From: Octopus vulgaris
Lineage: Eukaryota
Assembly (NCBI GenBank): GCA_951406725.2
Contig: OX597823.1
Coordinates: forward strand, 74,214,001 to 74,278,000
Length of the DNA stretch: 64,000 bases
Direction of reading: 5' to 3'
Part shown: piece by piece, positions 27,120 through 40,322 of the stretch
How the letters are laid out: every line of letters starts with the position of its first letter
How positions within the stretch are numbered: position 1 is the first letter of the stretch
Program-made: the position numbers and the translations under genes
Notes under the pieces: generated by a model
Databases searched by the model: none
Told to the model about the DNA's origin: nothing
The model's input: only the letters and a program-made list of their open reading frames with translations

Positions 27120-27641
27120 ACCTTTGTTGATGACTTGCACGCAAATGGTATCTTCCAGCTCACGATTTTGATTTTATTTATGGTCCCGGAGGCAATATTT
27201 TATATATACACGTCGTAAACTCCATACACTTGAAGTCATGAAATTTAGTTGCTGTTTATGCTGTATTCCAAAATAATACTTTTAAATGGTAATTCAAATT
27301 AATGATTTTATAAAAAATATCTAATGTGTATGCAGGTGAGCATATTTAGCTTGCAAAACTTTCGGGAGCTAAAGTGTCAAAACTTTCGGGAGTTAAAATG
27401 TCAAAATGAACATACGCATGCACACTCATTTTGTAACAGTCCCCACCCACCACAAAACATTAATTAAAAGGCTTAATTAAAAGTATTATTTAAAAGTATT
27501 ATTTCAGAACATTGCCTAAACAGCAACGCATCTTCATGACTTCGAGCGTATGGAGTTTATAAACATTTGCACTCATATTTTCACGAGAACTAGAAATGAA
27601 ATTGAAAGCGTGAGCCTGAAGCACGCGTCGTTCAAAAAGGG
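27120..27641. mobile_element. Foldback MITE with long imperfect TIRs, possibly piggyBac-derived
   Basis: 27216-27287 is the inverted match of 27488-27559, with weaker homology outward. Right end AAAAAGGG-TTA. Confidence 0.65.
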
Positions 27642-27659
27642 TTATAAACGCTAGAACAT

Positions 27660-28065
27660 TACTCTTTTACTCTTTTACTTGTTTCAGTCATTTGGCAGTG
27701 GCCATGCTGGAGCACCGCCTTTAGCTGAGCAAATGGACCCCAGGACTTATTCCTTGGAATCCTAGTACTTATTCTATCGGGCTCTTTTGCCGAACCGCTA
27801 AGTTACGGGGACGTAAACACACCACCATCGGTTGTCAAGCGATGTTGGGGGGACAAAAACAGACACACACACACACACACATACACACACACACACATAC
27901 ACACACACACACATACACACACACCGCATATATATATACATATATATACGACGGGCTTCTTTCAGTTTTCCTCTACCAAATCCACTCACACTTGCCCAAG
28001 GTGCCACGCAGTGGTAATGAACCCGGAACCATGTGGTTGGTAAGCAGGCTACTTACCACACAGCC
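27660..28065 (-). mobile_element. SINE family A (internal deletion)
   Basis: Homologous to the other copies. Confidence 0.9.
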
Positions 28066-28867
28066 AAAGCATTTTTTGCAAACTTTAAAAAAAGAATCAA
28101 GACAGTGGATATTCAAAAGAAAGCCAAGCCAAGATGGTTTGAAACGAGCAACTGTGATTACCGGAAATCAGTGCCTTTCAGTTATAATGTATTAACGAAA
28201 AGAATACGTTACATTGTATTGAATCGTTTAAATTTATCACTTCTGGTGGATCAACAGAGATTCATATATATATAGAGAGAGATTAATATACTTCTCTACC
28301 GATTCCATCATTGTTCATTGTTGACTAAGGTACAATTAGTAGAGCTGAATAATTAGTGGCGGATCTTTACGTTGTGTTCGACCTTTTGCGTTTCATGTTT
28401 CCGGAGCTCTGTAAAATGAAGATATAGTTAAGTACAACAGAGGTCATATTGTATTATAATTTCCTCACAATATTTGTGATGTTGTACTGTGTTAGAAATA
28501 TATAGCATTACGGAAGTGGATTACAGTTTAGAAGCTTGGAGTAATAAAAGTCTTGAAGATGAATCCCATTACTTAATTTATTGATCCCTGAAGATTAAAA
28601 CACGAAGTCATGCATCGTGGGATTTAAAATCAGAAATAAAACGATATAACAGCAAGTATTTGCCGCGCTGTTAACCCTTCGTCTCTTTTTACGCAATAAT
28701 ATATTAACTATTAAATGGATGTGATTAACTCGTAACCCTAGTGATTAATTAGCAATTGCGAATGATTAGACAAAGAAATCAAAGAAAAATGCGATATAAC
28801 AGCAAATTTCAACAGATATTTCAAACTTATGTACAGGTATGGTTGCAAGTTAACGTTTTGCCATTTT

Positions 28868-28980
28868 CCACTCTCTCGCTCTCTTTCTTCTCTCTCACGC
28901 TCTCTCTCTCGATTTTCTCTTCTCTCTCTCTCTCTCTCTCTTCTTTCTCTCGCTCTCTATCTCGCTTTCTCTCTCTCTTC

Positions 28981-29038
<58 letters not shown>

Positions 29039-29072
29039 CGACTTAACGCTCCATCCATCCATCCATCCATCC

Positions 29073-29141
<69 letters not shown>

Positions 29142-29145
29142 CCCA
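28868..29145. repeat. (CT)n/(TATC)n/(CCAT)n microsatellite
   Basis: Directly visible. Confidence 0.95.
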
Positions 29146-30017
29146 CCCACCCACTGATGCATCATTCTGTCAGTCTGTCCACTACTCATTCTATCTGTTA
29201 CCATATCTTTCGCTCTCATTTCTCTATCTACCAATCAGTAATTCAACCATTCCATACGTATATTTGTAATTTTAACGTCAAATTGAAACGAAATTGAAAT
29301 AAATAAAGGAAATACAGCCACAATCATTACCATAATTCGAATGGAATGATAGTGATGGGGTGGGCCTATTCTGTGGTTGTTCAACCTGCTAGAAACAGAA
29401 ACCAAATATTTCTCAAATGAGACCGCACCATCTTTTAAGACTACATTCGATAATGCAATACTGGACAGACTGTCTAAAAATTGAGATTGTCGCGGTTGAA
29501 ACACGGTTGACACACTTTTGATTGTAGTTCAGCTAAATGTAGTTTAAAGCTGGAGTAAAGAACAAGCGATGAGGAGAACAATAGCAACAACAACAGTGGC
29601 GACGGCAGGGGCAGTAACAGCAGCTGCAGCAACAGCATCAGAAACAGTAGTAACTGAAACACAGCGACAAAGCAGTGATAACGACAACGATAACGTTAAA
29701 ACCAACAGCAACGATAACAACAACGGTGAGGATATCATCGAATCGGAAACCAGTGAGAGGCAACCAGCCATCGAGACTAATCAAAACGGGATGCTCTCCT
29801 TTGACCTCCTTTGAACTTTGATCTCCTTTGAACATAGGTCAGCTCAGTCACAAGTGTGACAATAAGAGCGCAGCAACAAAGGACAATTCTGAAAGAAAGA
29901 AAAAATGACACAAACAAATACCATAGATTTTACCCGCTTATAATATAAAAGTTATTTTCCCTTTTACAAGCATTACAAAATAGAAATAGGAAATTGATGC
30001 AGCGCTAATGAAATAAC

Positions 30018-30343
30018 ATTATCAACCACGTATACTTAACGTATATATTTTGTGTGTCTTAGATGTTTTGTGTATTTGCCGGTGGGCTGCGATATGGCGT
30101 GGTGGAGAAAAACTCTTTCAAAGTGCAAGGTGTTTCGAGTACGTGATGTTGATAAGTAACACAAATGACGAAACATCAACGTCTATCCTACCTGAATGAG
30201 ATCTGGAGAGGATTGACTTGCCTGTCATTGACTTTCAGGTTTTTTAACACCTTGCACTTTGGGAGAGTAGTCTCTACCAAGCCAAATCGCAGCCAAATTG
30301 CAAATGTGCCAAGTATATACGTTGAGTATGTGTGGTCGATAAT
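30018..30343. mobile_element. Foldback/MITE-like element with ~100-bp imperfect inverted arms
   Basis: CAAAGTGCAAGGTGTT vs AACACCTTGCACTTTG, and ATTATCAACCACGTATACTTAACGTATATA vs TATATACGTTGAGTATGTGTGGTCGATAAT. Confidence 0.75.
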
Positions 30344-30483
30344 ATTTAAAAATAGTCTGTTTCTTATAATCTAATACTCAACAGTATTACAAAACGTGGG
30401 CCAACAGTGTAGTTTCCGTGTGGTCTCTGAATTACTAGAAACAGTAACCACATTTTATTCGAATTTTTGCACAATAGGATTTA

Positions 30484-30867
30484 ACTATTATATAAAATCC
30501 ATTCTATTTGTCCGCGTGTGTGTCTTCTAGGATCTCAGGCATCCTCCATCCGATTGCACTCAAATTTGATGTATAGATACCGACAGTATCAGAGCGTGTA
30601 CAAGTCTTGAAAAAATTGCTAAAAATCGATTCCAGGTGAGAATGCGATCGATAAAACCGTGGGAACGTGCATTTGTAAAATCGTTTTTCTTGGAATAGAA
30701 AAAAAGTCTCTCTTTATTTCTTCTTTTGCTGGTGTCTCAAATTTAGGTTAAATCAGTGTTTCTCAAAGGGGAGGCCTATGGGACAGTCGGACAAGTTGTT
30801 TTGAGAAAATTTAGTTTAAATGTTTGACAACTCAGTACCGTCCATTGGACGGGGGGCGTTTTGCTCG
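30484..30867 (+). mobile_element. Non-autonomous Helitron-like element
   Basis: 5' CTATTATATAAAA, 3' hairpin CCGTCCA-T-TGGACGG (30838-30852) about 12 nt before a CTCG/T end (cf. CTRR/T). Confidence 0.65.
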
Positions 30868-32049
30868 TTATATATAGTGAGACATTATAGTCAGAGATGG
30901 GATATCCTTAATCATAGGTCTGCTCGATAATGACTGGTTGATAAGAAGCTGAATCGTAAGGATATAATAACAGAAACAACAACAACAACAACAAAAGCTC
31001 AACGATAGTAACATCACCGAAATAAAACGTTTCAAAATGGCCGCTGAGAAGCGAAAAAAAAAGAGAGACAAACAACTAACCTACAACCGACATATCAGTA
31101 AAGTAGTTCCTCACACCAGCAGACAAACAAACAGAATGCAAGGTAGCCAAACATAGTTACAATCCAACAGCAACTCAGTAACTGTTGAGAATAGAAAATG
31201 GAGAGCGAGACGAGACAAAAATATTTGAGAAGGATCTTCACCTTCTCCTCCATCACCTCGTTTACAAAAATATAAAACGCAAACAAACCAATCACATGCC
31301 ATACAACAGTTTACGAAGCCAACAAACTGATGAAGCAAAACCAGAGCAGAGCAAAATAAAAAAAAAGGTAGCAGTAGAGAGAAGGAGAAAAAAGACATAT
31401 AATGAAACACAACCAGTAAACTACAAAACCTACAAAGACACAACAATAGAAACAATAACGTGAGTTCGTGTTCGTTTTGATGTTTGTCGATAGGAAATTA
31501 TTACCGAAGCATAGAAATCATTAAAATATCACATAATAAATACGTACGTGTGTAGGTGTGGAAGAATATACGTGGATTTGTATACGCATTCGTAATTCTC
31601 TCACTGTATCTATTTGTTTCTTCCTTTCTCGCTCTCTCTCAATCTCTCACTCATACACACGAAGATAGATATACAAAGAAAGTAATGAAAAGATCATTTA
31701 ATAGACACAAACACGCACACACATACATGTATGTGTATATAAATATATATATATTTATATATACATACACACATAAGTGCGTGTGTGTATTTATAGTCAT
31801 GTGTGAGTGTACGCATATGTATATCTATATGCACTGGGGCATGTATATATGATTATGTGTGTCTTATACACACACAGGCATACAGACACGCAAGCATACA
31901 CACATGCATCTACACAAAGAAAGGTATAAAAAGAAAGGTAAAAAAGAAAAGCAAGAGAAAGTACGCTTAATGGACGCAAACATACGTACACATATGAGTA
32001 AAGGTATACATACGTGTGTGTATGCATAGGTACGTGGCGTGAGTACGTG

Positions 32050-32063
32050 TTCATATATATACT

Positions 32064-32099
<36 letters not shown>

Positions 32100-32283
32100 T
32101 GTGTGTGCGTATATATATGTGTGTGTGCGTATATATGTGTGTGTATATATATGTGTGTATATATATATGTATGTGTGTATATATATATGTACATGTGTAT
32201 ATGTGTATATATATATATGTATATGTGTATATATATATATATATGTATATACATATATATGTATGTATATATATATATGTATA

Positions 32284-32322
<39 letters not shown>

Positions 32323-32535
32323 ATGTATATGTATGTATATATATGTATATGTATATGTATGTATATATATGTATATATATATATGTATGTATATATATAT
32401 AAATATATGTATGTATATATATATGTATATGTATGTATATATATGTGTGTATATATATATGTGTGTATATATATATATGTGTATATATATATATGTGTGT
32501 ATATATATGTATGTGTATATATATATATGTATATA

Positions 32536-32578
<43 letters not shown>

Positions 32579-32600
32579 TTATATACATGCACACATATTT
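32050..32600. repeat. Long (TA)n/(TG)n mosaic microsatellite
   Basis: Directly visible. Confidence 0.98.
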
Positions 32601-32924
32601 ATGTACATATGTTAAGATATGTGTTACACAGAGGTTCACAAGCACGCGCACACGCATATATATCATGAAAAAAGAAAGGTACAGAGAGAGAAAGAGAGAG
32701 ATTATGACTTCAACATGCGCATGAGTACATTTCGGAATAGGATAGCTAGGGAAAAATATGGAACTTTGAATATGAAAATCAGCGATGCTCTACATTCTGA
32801 AGAAGGCAACCAAATAGAAATAACTTGCAGCTAAGTTTTCACACTTTGTTGAGCTTTTCATGGTGTCCGTGATAGAAGAGTCGGAGATGGAGCGTGGAAG
32901 AGAAGGAGAGAGAGAGAGAGAGAT

Positions 32925-32956
<32 letters not shown>

Positions 32957-33164
32957 CGATGAAGTAGGAAAGAGAGAAGAAGAGAGAGAAAGAAGTGAAA
33001 GTGGTAAAGTACTGGGGTGAGGGATCGTGGGGCTTGTAAAAGATAAAAGAGGCAAATAATAAAGAAAAAACAAAGAATGGAGCAGCAACGATAGAGAAAC
33101 TAGTTATAGAAATAAGCAATCACATATTTTAAACGCATATCGTAAAAATCTGAATATCAATATA

Positions 33165-33205
33165 CGTATGAATGTATGTATGTATGTATGTATGTAAAAT
33201 CATAT

Positions 33206-33255
<50 letters not shown>

Positions 33256-33448
33256 GCATAGTGTATACAATATAAGCAAAATCACACACACACACACGCG
33301 CACACGCACGCACGCCACACACACATACAAATGTATATACATGCGATGAATATGGGTGCATATGTGTATACATACATACATATCTACGTATGTGTATATT
33401 GATATACTCAGGTACACATGTTCATATATCGCCATATATATATATATA

Positions 33449-33480
<32 letters not shown>

Positions 33481-33676
33481 TGTATTTGTGTGTGCGTGTG
33501 TATGTGTGTATATATAGATTTTTACACACACTTTTGAAAACTGTGTATGGCGTGACTGTGGAAACTCGTAGCAGTCTCCTCTTATCAAAACTAATTATAT
33601 ATTTATATGTGCTAATATATGTATTTATATATATGTATGTATATACATATATATATGTATAGTATATATATGTATA

Positions 33677-33760
<84 letters not shown>

Positions 33761-33787
33761 TATATATATATACACATATATATATAT
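33165..33787. repeat. (TA)n/(CA)n/(TG)n microsatellite cluster
   Basis: Directly visible. Confidence 0.95.
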
Positions 33788-34005
33788 TCCGGTCATTCAA
33801 AATGTGACCGCGTGTGTACCGTTGACGATTTTTTCCCTCCGTCTTTCCCCCTTTGGTTCCTTCCTTTTCCTATGCTTCGTATGTTTCTGACGAAGACCTC
33901 CGCTCGAAACGTTAAACCCTCCTTCTTTCCTTCTTTCCTGAGCGTCCAATAATACTATACTTGTTCCACGTCCACGGGTTGTTGTGTTTTCATGTTTGGA
34001 TTAAC

Positions 34006-34010
<5 letters not shown>
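33788..34010 (+). mobile_element. Short hammerhead-containing repeat (Penelope pLTR-like) within (TA)n
   Basis: GTTT-CTGACGA-agacctccgctc-GAAA-CGTT-AAAC at 33883-33917. Flanked by (TA)n. Second copy at 42285-42422. Confidence 0.8.
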
Positions 34011-34051
<41 letters not shown>

Positions 34052-36690
34052 AATGCATAGTATGCATAAGCAAAATCATATGCGCTCACGCGTACGTACA
34101 CGCACACGCATGTGCGCTTTTTGAGTTCAATAATTTAGATGACTATGTGCAGCTAATTGTTTAGCTTAATCTGTTTTTGTATACAAATTAGGTATGTCTC
34201 TACCTCGCTCTCTTTCTCTCTTTATATATATATATATATATATATAAATACACATCTATGTTCATATGCATGTGTGTGTGTGTCTCTGTGTATGCATGTC
34301 CCTGTTTGAACACAGGTGTAAAACAAAATTGAAAAAACAATACTCAAATACTGAAGTTGATGTATCATACATTTTGTTAAAGGTGATAATTTTCACTAAG
34401 TTTTACCGAGTGTTCCACATAAACCGTCATCAAACTGAAGCGAACTTTTGGTACGATGCAATGGTCTATAAATGTTTATAAATAGTGCAGGGATTCTTAT
34501 TCGGCAAGATATCGCATGAAAATTGAAAGCTGATTAGATGGCAGTTTATGACATTTCATAATGAATCTAATGTGTTTAGTAATACGATTTCAACTTGCAG
34601 ATGAACACTGTACAACAATGTACAAAATGGTGTAAAAATAATGTTGAATAAAAAAGAACATAACAATTTAGCATTAGTATAGGGTAATCATTTAGCATTT
34701 GCAGGACAGGAAGTACCTAATACAAAATTCATTCAAAATTAGTATTTAGGAAATATAAATGGAGCAGCATATAAATTCTTTCAAATAAATGGATTAGATA
34801 AATGCAAAGAAATACTAAGCGTTTATAGACGCTAACATCATCTAAGTTTGAATATATATATATACATATATATATATATAATTTTAAAATGTGATGATAA
34901 AAAAATGTGTGTCGATTACTTCTTCCATACACAATGAATATATAAATAAATCTCTCAGACGCACAAAGATATATAATATGAAATGCATGAAAAATATGAA
35001 AATATTAAAAAATGACATAAAAGGAAATACGTTAAAAGATAAAAGAAAGCCGAAAATTTCTAACAGTCTAAAGTAGGAGCGACATTTTAAAATGGGAGTA
35101 ATAATGTAACATTTTTAGAGTCTTTAACAAAAATATATGAATTTCCTATATCATGATCGATATATGAAGATTGTATAAGGATCAAATGCGACAGTTAAAG
35201 CGATTAATAGATCAAAGATGGAACATGAAAGTGTTCAACGTCTCCGTAACTCAAAAATAATGTTGATAACAGTACTAATAATTTTCAGTGAAGAGAAATG
35301 AATTTTTTTATTGTTATCCATTTAGTGGAAAATGTCTCGAAATCCAAAAATTTGACGAATGTCTACCACAATTCTGCAGTTCGGATTTTCATTCTAAAGC
35401 TGATTTGAACCACAAGTATCATTTAATTAACAGCCCTAATAGTTGACATTTCTCAAAATGTGATGCGTATATAGGTATAGGTATAGCAAATGCCCCACTC
35501 TACAAAACAACGTCTTTGTTTCTTGCTATCAAATTCCGTCCTTATGTAATAAAGGAAGTGTGGTAACTGAATACAAAATGAATGTAATCAATTCTAATAT
35601 TTAAAGGAAATATTATAAGAAAAAACTTTTCTTAATGCGGATAAAAATGGAGTAATTACGATGGCAGACGTTATCTATCAACATGGTTAAAACAAGTAAA
35701 CGAATCACCACACTAATATGATTTCTGGAGCTAATTTCTGTAGCTCGCATTACAGCGAGTTATGTAATACCTCGCTTCAAATTTCATAAAAGTAGTCGTA
35801 AATTCCCATGCTGTACTACTTCCATTCAGCTTCTATACTTGTTCAAAATTAGATTTACTAAGCTAAAACCTATATTCACTAGATATGTGAATGGAAAAGC
35901 AATAAAAATGTTGGAAACTTCAGACTACGTTGCACCACATTTCACATAAGCTTTGACTTTAAGAAGGAAATCGTCTTTATTCCTTCCTGTTTTTTTTTTA
36001 TTTTGGTAAATCATTGATGGACTCCTATATATCAATTGTTCATTCTATTTTGCACACAAATATTCTTTCTTTATACTCAGTCAGGACTCCTTGGTTTAAT
36101 CAAATCATTATATCTTGTTTCGTTATCTTCCTTTCATTGTTCTGAATATCCACAGTATATCCTGAAATAACAGACAGTAAATAATTGTGAAGACGTTCCG
36201 TTCGTGGAAACTGACATAAATATAATCCGCCGAGGTTTTGCCTGTACAATTCAATATTCCATATAAAATTGTTGGTTGTAATCCTTGCGTGTATTCAATA
36301 AAAAATTGCTTCCACGCATTTGCAAATTCAAACTCATCATTTTGTTATAAATATGAACTAAAACGACATCATCATGAGTAAAATCACTGTATTTTACTGG
36401 TAGATCATCATGATTTTAAAAGTAAAATGACGGCGTCAAGTTCAAAGAAAAGTTTCAGACAATATCTTTCTGACAAACTTTAGTATGGTAGTATGTTTGT
36501 GGCTTCGTATAGACTGATTCGTCTAATTTCCTACACTGGTGTGGTTTTACATGCAAAATTACGACAGCCATACTTTTCATTTTTCTTTTTTCTTTTTTGA
36601 AAAGTCAGCATTATTCAGCAAAACTAATTTTCGAAGACGAAAATGCAAAGTTTACGCCCGGCTTTTACATGTGTTTTTATTAGTGTGTAT

Positions 36691-36725
<35 letters not shown>

Positions 36726-37377
36726 CGTGCGCGTGCTTGTGCTCGTGCGTACGCGGGTGAGTGTGTGTATCTGATGTTTGTGTGCGTATGCGTGTACAGA
36801 AAGGTGCTTACATTTTATTTAATGCACAAATTGAAAGAAAGAGCCAGAGAGAGAGAGCGAGAGAGGAAAAATTATTGAAAGAGAGGTTACGACATTTCTC
36901 AGTAAAAAATTTCATAGAGACTTGTTCTTGTCATACTGGGGGCAGATCAAAATACGGCGTTGTTATACCATATTTCTTATAGTAAATATGTGTTTTCTAC
37001 TAATACATTCAAGACGAAAAAATCATAATTCGCAGGCGCACGCACGCACACACATACACACAGAGTTTTATAATTATTGTCGTCTTACTGTTATCCGTCT
37101 CTACGGGTCTCAGTGCCTTATGCTAAACTACGTATACAACGGTTATGTATGTAGGGCCCCAGTGCCTATACTACTGCTTGGTCATAATCTGTACACTATG
37201 ATCATAATTTGCATACCACGCACACACAGACACGCACACACACATACACACACGCAAATAATACGCCCTCCCCCACATGCACACTCATATACTAGGTTGA
37301 GGTAAAAGTTCGTGCGCCGTGAGTCACCATTGAACATGACATGAACTGAATGAACACACGCACCACAAAAATATATA

Positions 37378-37731
37378 AAGGGTAAAGAACCCCTTCAGTC
37401 ATGAATGACCATGGGATTGCACCTAGAAAGTTACCCTCCTAGACAAGGTTGTTTATGGCAAGTCCGGGCAAGGTTGTTTATGGAAGACCAGCAGTCGCCC
37501 ATGCATACCAGCCTCCCCTCTCCACGCCACCAGTGTTATCCAAGGGAAAGACAAAGGTCGATACAGCTTGGCACCAGTGACGTCGCAACTCATTTCTACA
37601 GCTGAGTGAACTGGAGCAACGTGAAATAAATTGGCTTGCTCAAGAACACAACACGCAGCCCGGTCCGGGATTCGAGCTCACAACCTCACGATCGTAAGCT
37701 CGACGCTCAAACCACTGAGCCATGCGCCTTC
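37378..37731 (-). mobile_element. tRNA-derived SINE family D
   Basis: Head GAAGGCGCATGGCTCAGTGG, B-box GAGCTCGAATCC, central TTGCTCCAGTTCACTCAGCTGTAGAAATGAG. Confidence 0.88.
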
Positions 37732-38256
37732 ACACAAAAATATATAAAGTATATCATTTTAACACGGTGCAGGAACTTTTTCCTCAGCCTAATATAAAAC
37801 CCATCTCGAAAGATGTCATTGCTCTCGGGCCGCTCGACTGCGCGAAATTGTGCATAACTTATTCATTTAACATTTCAAAAGTTATTTTGAAATTTTGTAA
37901 AAGACTTTCTAGCCAAAATATACTGTCCACTTTTCCAAGACATATAAAATAACTAATAAATGAAAATCGAAGAAACAAACAAAAGGTGCAAATGAAAGAA
38001 AATGAAATATTGATGAATTTTGTTCACAGAATCGTAAATCTTCAGAGAAATCGTAAATAAAATATATAAAACCGAAGAAATTGTCGGGAAATATAAAAAG
38101 CAAAAAAATGTTACGTTTGCTTAAATGAGGTGTTTCGATCAGCGCAACTATTCTTTGGTGAGCCGCACCACCTTCACCGATATTGTTTTCTTATAAATTT
38201 CTGAAAATTGGATAGTTTGTAATAAATTTTGCTGAGACACGTTTTCTTAGTTTCCA

Positions 38257-38352
<96 letters not shown>
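38257..38352. repeat. (TTA)n microsatellite
   Basis: Directly visible. Confidence 0.97.
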
Positions 38353-38364
38353 TTATCTCCTATA

Positions 38365-38725
38365 TTTTACTTTTTATTGGACTGCGGCCATGCTGGAGCA
38401 CCACCTTGGAGGGTTTCAGTTGAAGAAATCAACCTCAGTACTTATGTTGTTAAGCCTGGTACTTATTCTATTGGTCTTTCTCTGCCAAATCGTTAAATTA
38501 CAAGGATGGAAATATGACATCACGGGTTGTCAAGCAGTGGTGGGAGGCAAACACAAGCATAAAGATAAACACATGGACACAATCATACACAGACATATAC
38601 CACAGGCCTCTTTAAGTTCTACTTACAAAACTGTGATAATCCTGAGCCTATTGTAGAAAACACTTGCCCAAGCTACCACGCAATAGGACTGAACATGAAA
38701 TCATTCGATCGAGAAGCAAGCTTCA
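38365..38725 (-). mobile_element. Degenerate SINE family A
   Basis: GACTGCGGCCATGCTGGAGCACC and ACACTTGCCCAAG motifs. Confidence 0.8.
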
Positions 38726-38867
38726 CAGAGGGTGAAATTTAGAAAAATAATTTGGTTGGAAGTTTCCAAACATTTTTATCTCTTTCCCCACCATTGTTAC
38801 CACAAATTTTCATAATTTTAGCGTTTCACTTTATACATATAGACTATATACAAACTATACTGTCTCT

Positions 38868-39062
38868 CTCTCTCTTACTTGTTTCAGTCATTTGAATGCG
38901 GCCATGCTGGAGCACCACCTTTAGTCGAAGAAATCGACCCCAGGACTTATTCGTTGTAAGCCTAGTACTTACTCTATCGGTTTCTTTTGCCGAACTTCTA
39001 AGTTACAGGGACGTAAACACACCAGCATCGGTCGTCAAGAGATATTGGGGGGACAAACACAA

Positions 39063-39097
<35 letters not shown>

Positions 39098-39286
39098 TAT
39101 ATATATATATATACATATATACAACGGGCTTCTTTCAGTTTCTGTCTACCAAATCCACTCAGAAGGCTTCGGTCGGCCTGAAGCTATAGTAGAAGACACT
39201 TCTCCAAGGTGCCACACAGTGGGACTGCACCCAGAACCATGAGGTTGGTGAGCAAGCTACTTACCACACAGCCACTCCTGCGCCTA
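38868..39286 (-). mobile_element. SINE family A
   Basis: Full-length homology. Confidence 0.92.
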
Positions 39287-39682
39287 TATACATAAAATAT
39301 CGATATAACAAGCTATATACTCGAAAATATTTTTCAAAATTTCATTTAGAAATATTCATTCTAAAGAGAATTGCGAACAAAAACTTGTTCTGTCGGGAAG
39401 TAGGAGAATTATGCAAACCTAATATCCAATTTTTTTTCTTTAATGTTATCAACATATTCATAATCTACACGCTCGTAAACTTACCAATAAAAATGTCATT
39501 AAAAGAAGATATGCATTTTGAGAAAAATTATAAGGAATAAAAATCACCAGAGGAACTATACTGTAATCAATTCAAAATCCGTTCTCGATATTGACATTTG
39601 TACTTTTAAATCATGTAAGTTCAAGTAAATAAGCAGTTTCAGTTATTTTACAAAATTTGAATATGTAGGTGAATATAATCTC

Positions 39683-39914
39683 TTATTTCTTTATTGCCCA
39701 CAAGGGGCTAAACATAGAGGGGACGAACTAGGACAGACAGAGAGATTAAGTCGATTACATCGATCCCAGTGCATAACTGGTACTTAATTTATCGACCTCG
39801 AAAGGATGAAAGGCTAAGTCGACCTCGGCGGAATTTGAACTCAGAACGTAACGGCAGACGAAGTACAGCTAAGCATTTCGCCCGGCATGCTAAAGATTCT
39901 GCCAGCTCACCGCC
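39683..39914 (-). mobile_element. SINE family B
   Basis: Full copy. TSD TGAATATAAT(C/T)TCT at ~39670 and ~39921. Confidence 0.92.
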
Positions 39915-40017
39915 TTTAGTTGAATATAATTTCTATAACAAATGAATGACAAAAAAACATTATCTTTTCTTAAAAAATATTTATGCACATAGTCTTCTGA
40001 AGCCCATCATCAATCTT

Positions 40018-40322
40018 TTATCTTTTACTTGTTTCATTCATTGAACTGTAGCCATGCTGTGGAATCACCTAAAGAAAGAAATACTGGATGTCAAGCGGCA
40101 GTGGGAGACAAACAGAAACGCCACCAAGACAAACAAACGTGCATATATATGTGTGTGTGTATGTGTGTGTGTACAACGAGGTTCTTTCAGTTTTCCTGTA
40201 CGATATCCACGCACAAGAATCTGGTCTGCCCTGGGTTATAGTAGAAGACACTCAAGGTGCCACGCTTTGAGATCGAACCCAGAACCATGTGGCTGGGAAG
40301 CGAACGTCTTACTACATACACA
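40018..40322 (-). mobile_element. Degenerate SINE family A
   Basis: CTTTTACTTGTTTCA..GCCATGCTG and ATAGTAGAAGACACT motifs. Confidence 0.75.

Noticed and set aside
29569-29814. 81-aa Thr/Ala/Asn-rich ORF
   Set aside because: Explained by a decayed trinucleotide (CAA/CAG/GAC) repeat; no domain or splice support.
37292-37320. Mariner-like TIR TAGGTTGAGGTAAAAGTTCGTGCG
   Set aside because: No partner TIR or transposase found nearby; too short to call.
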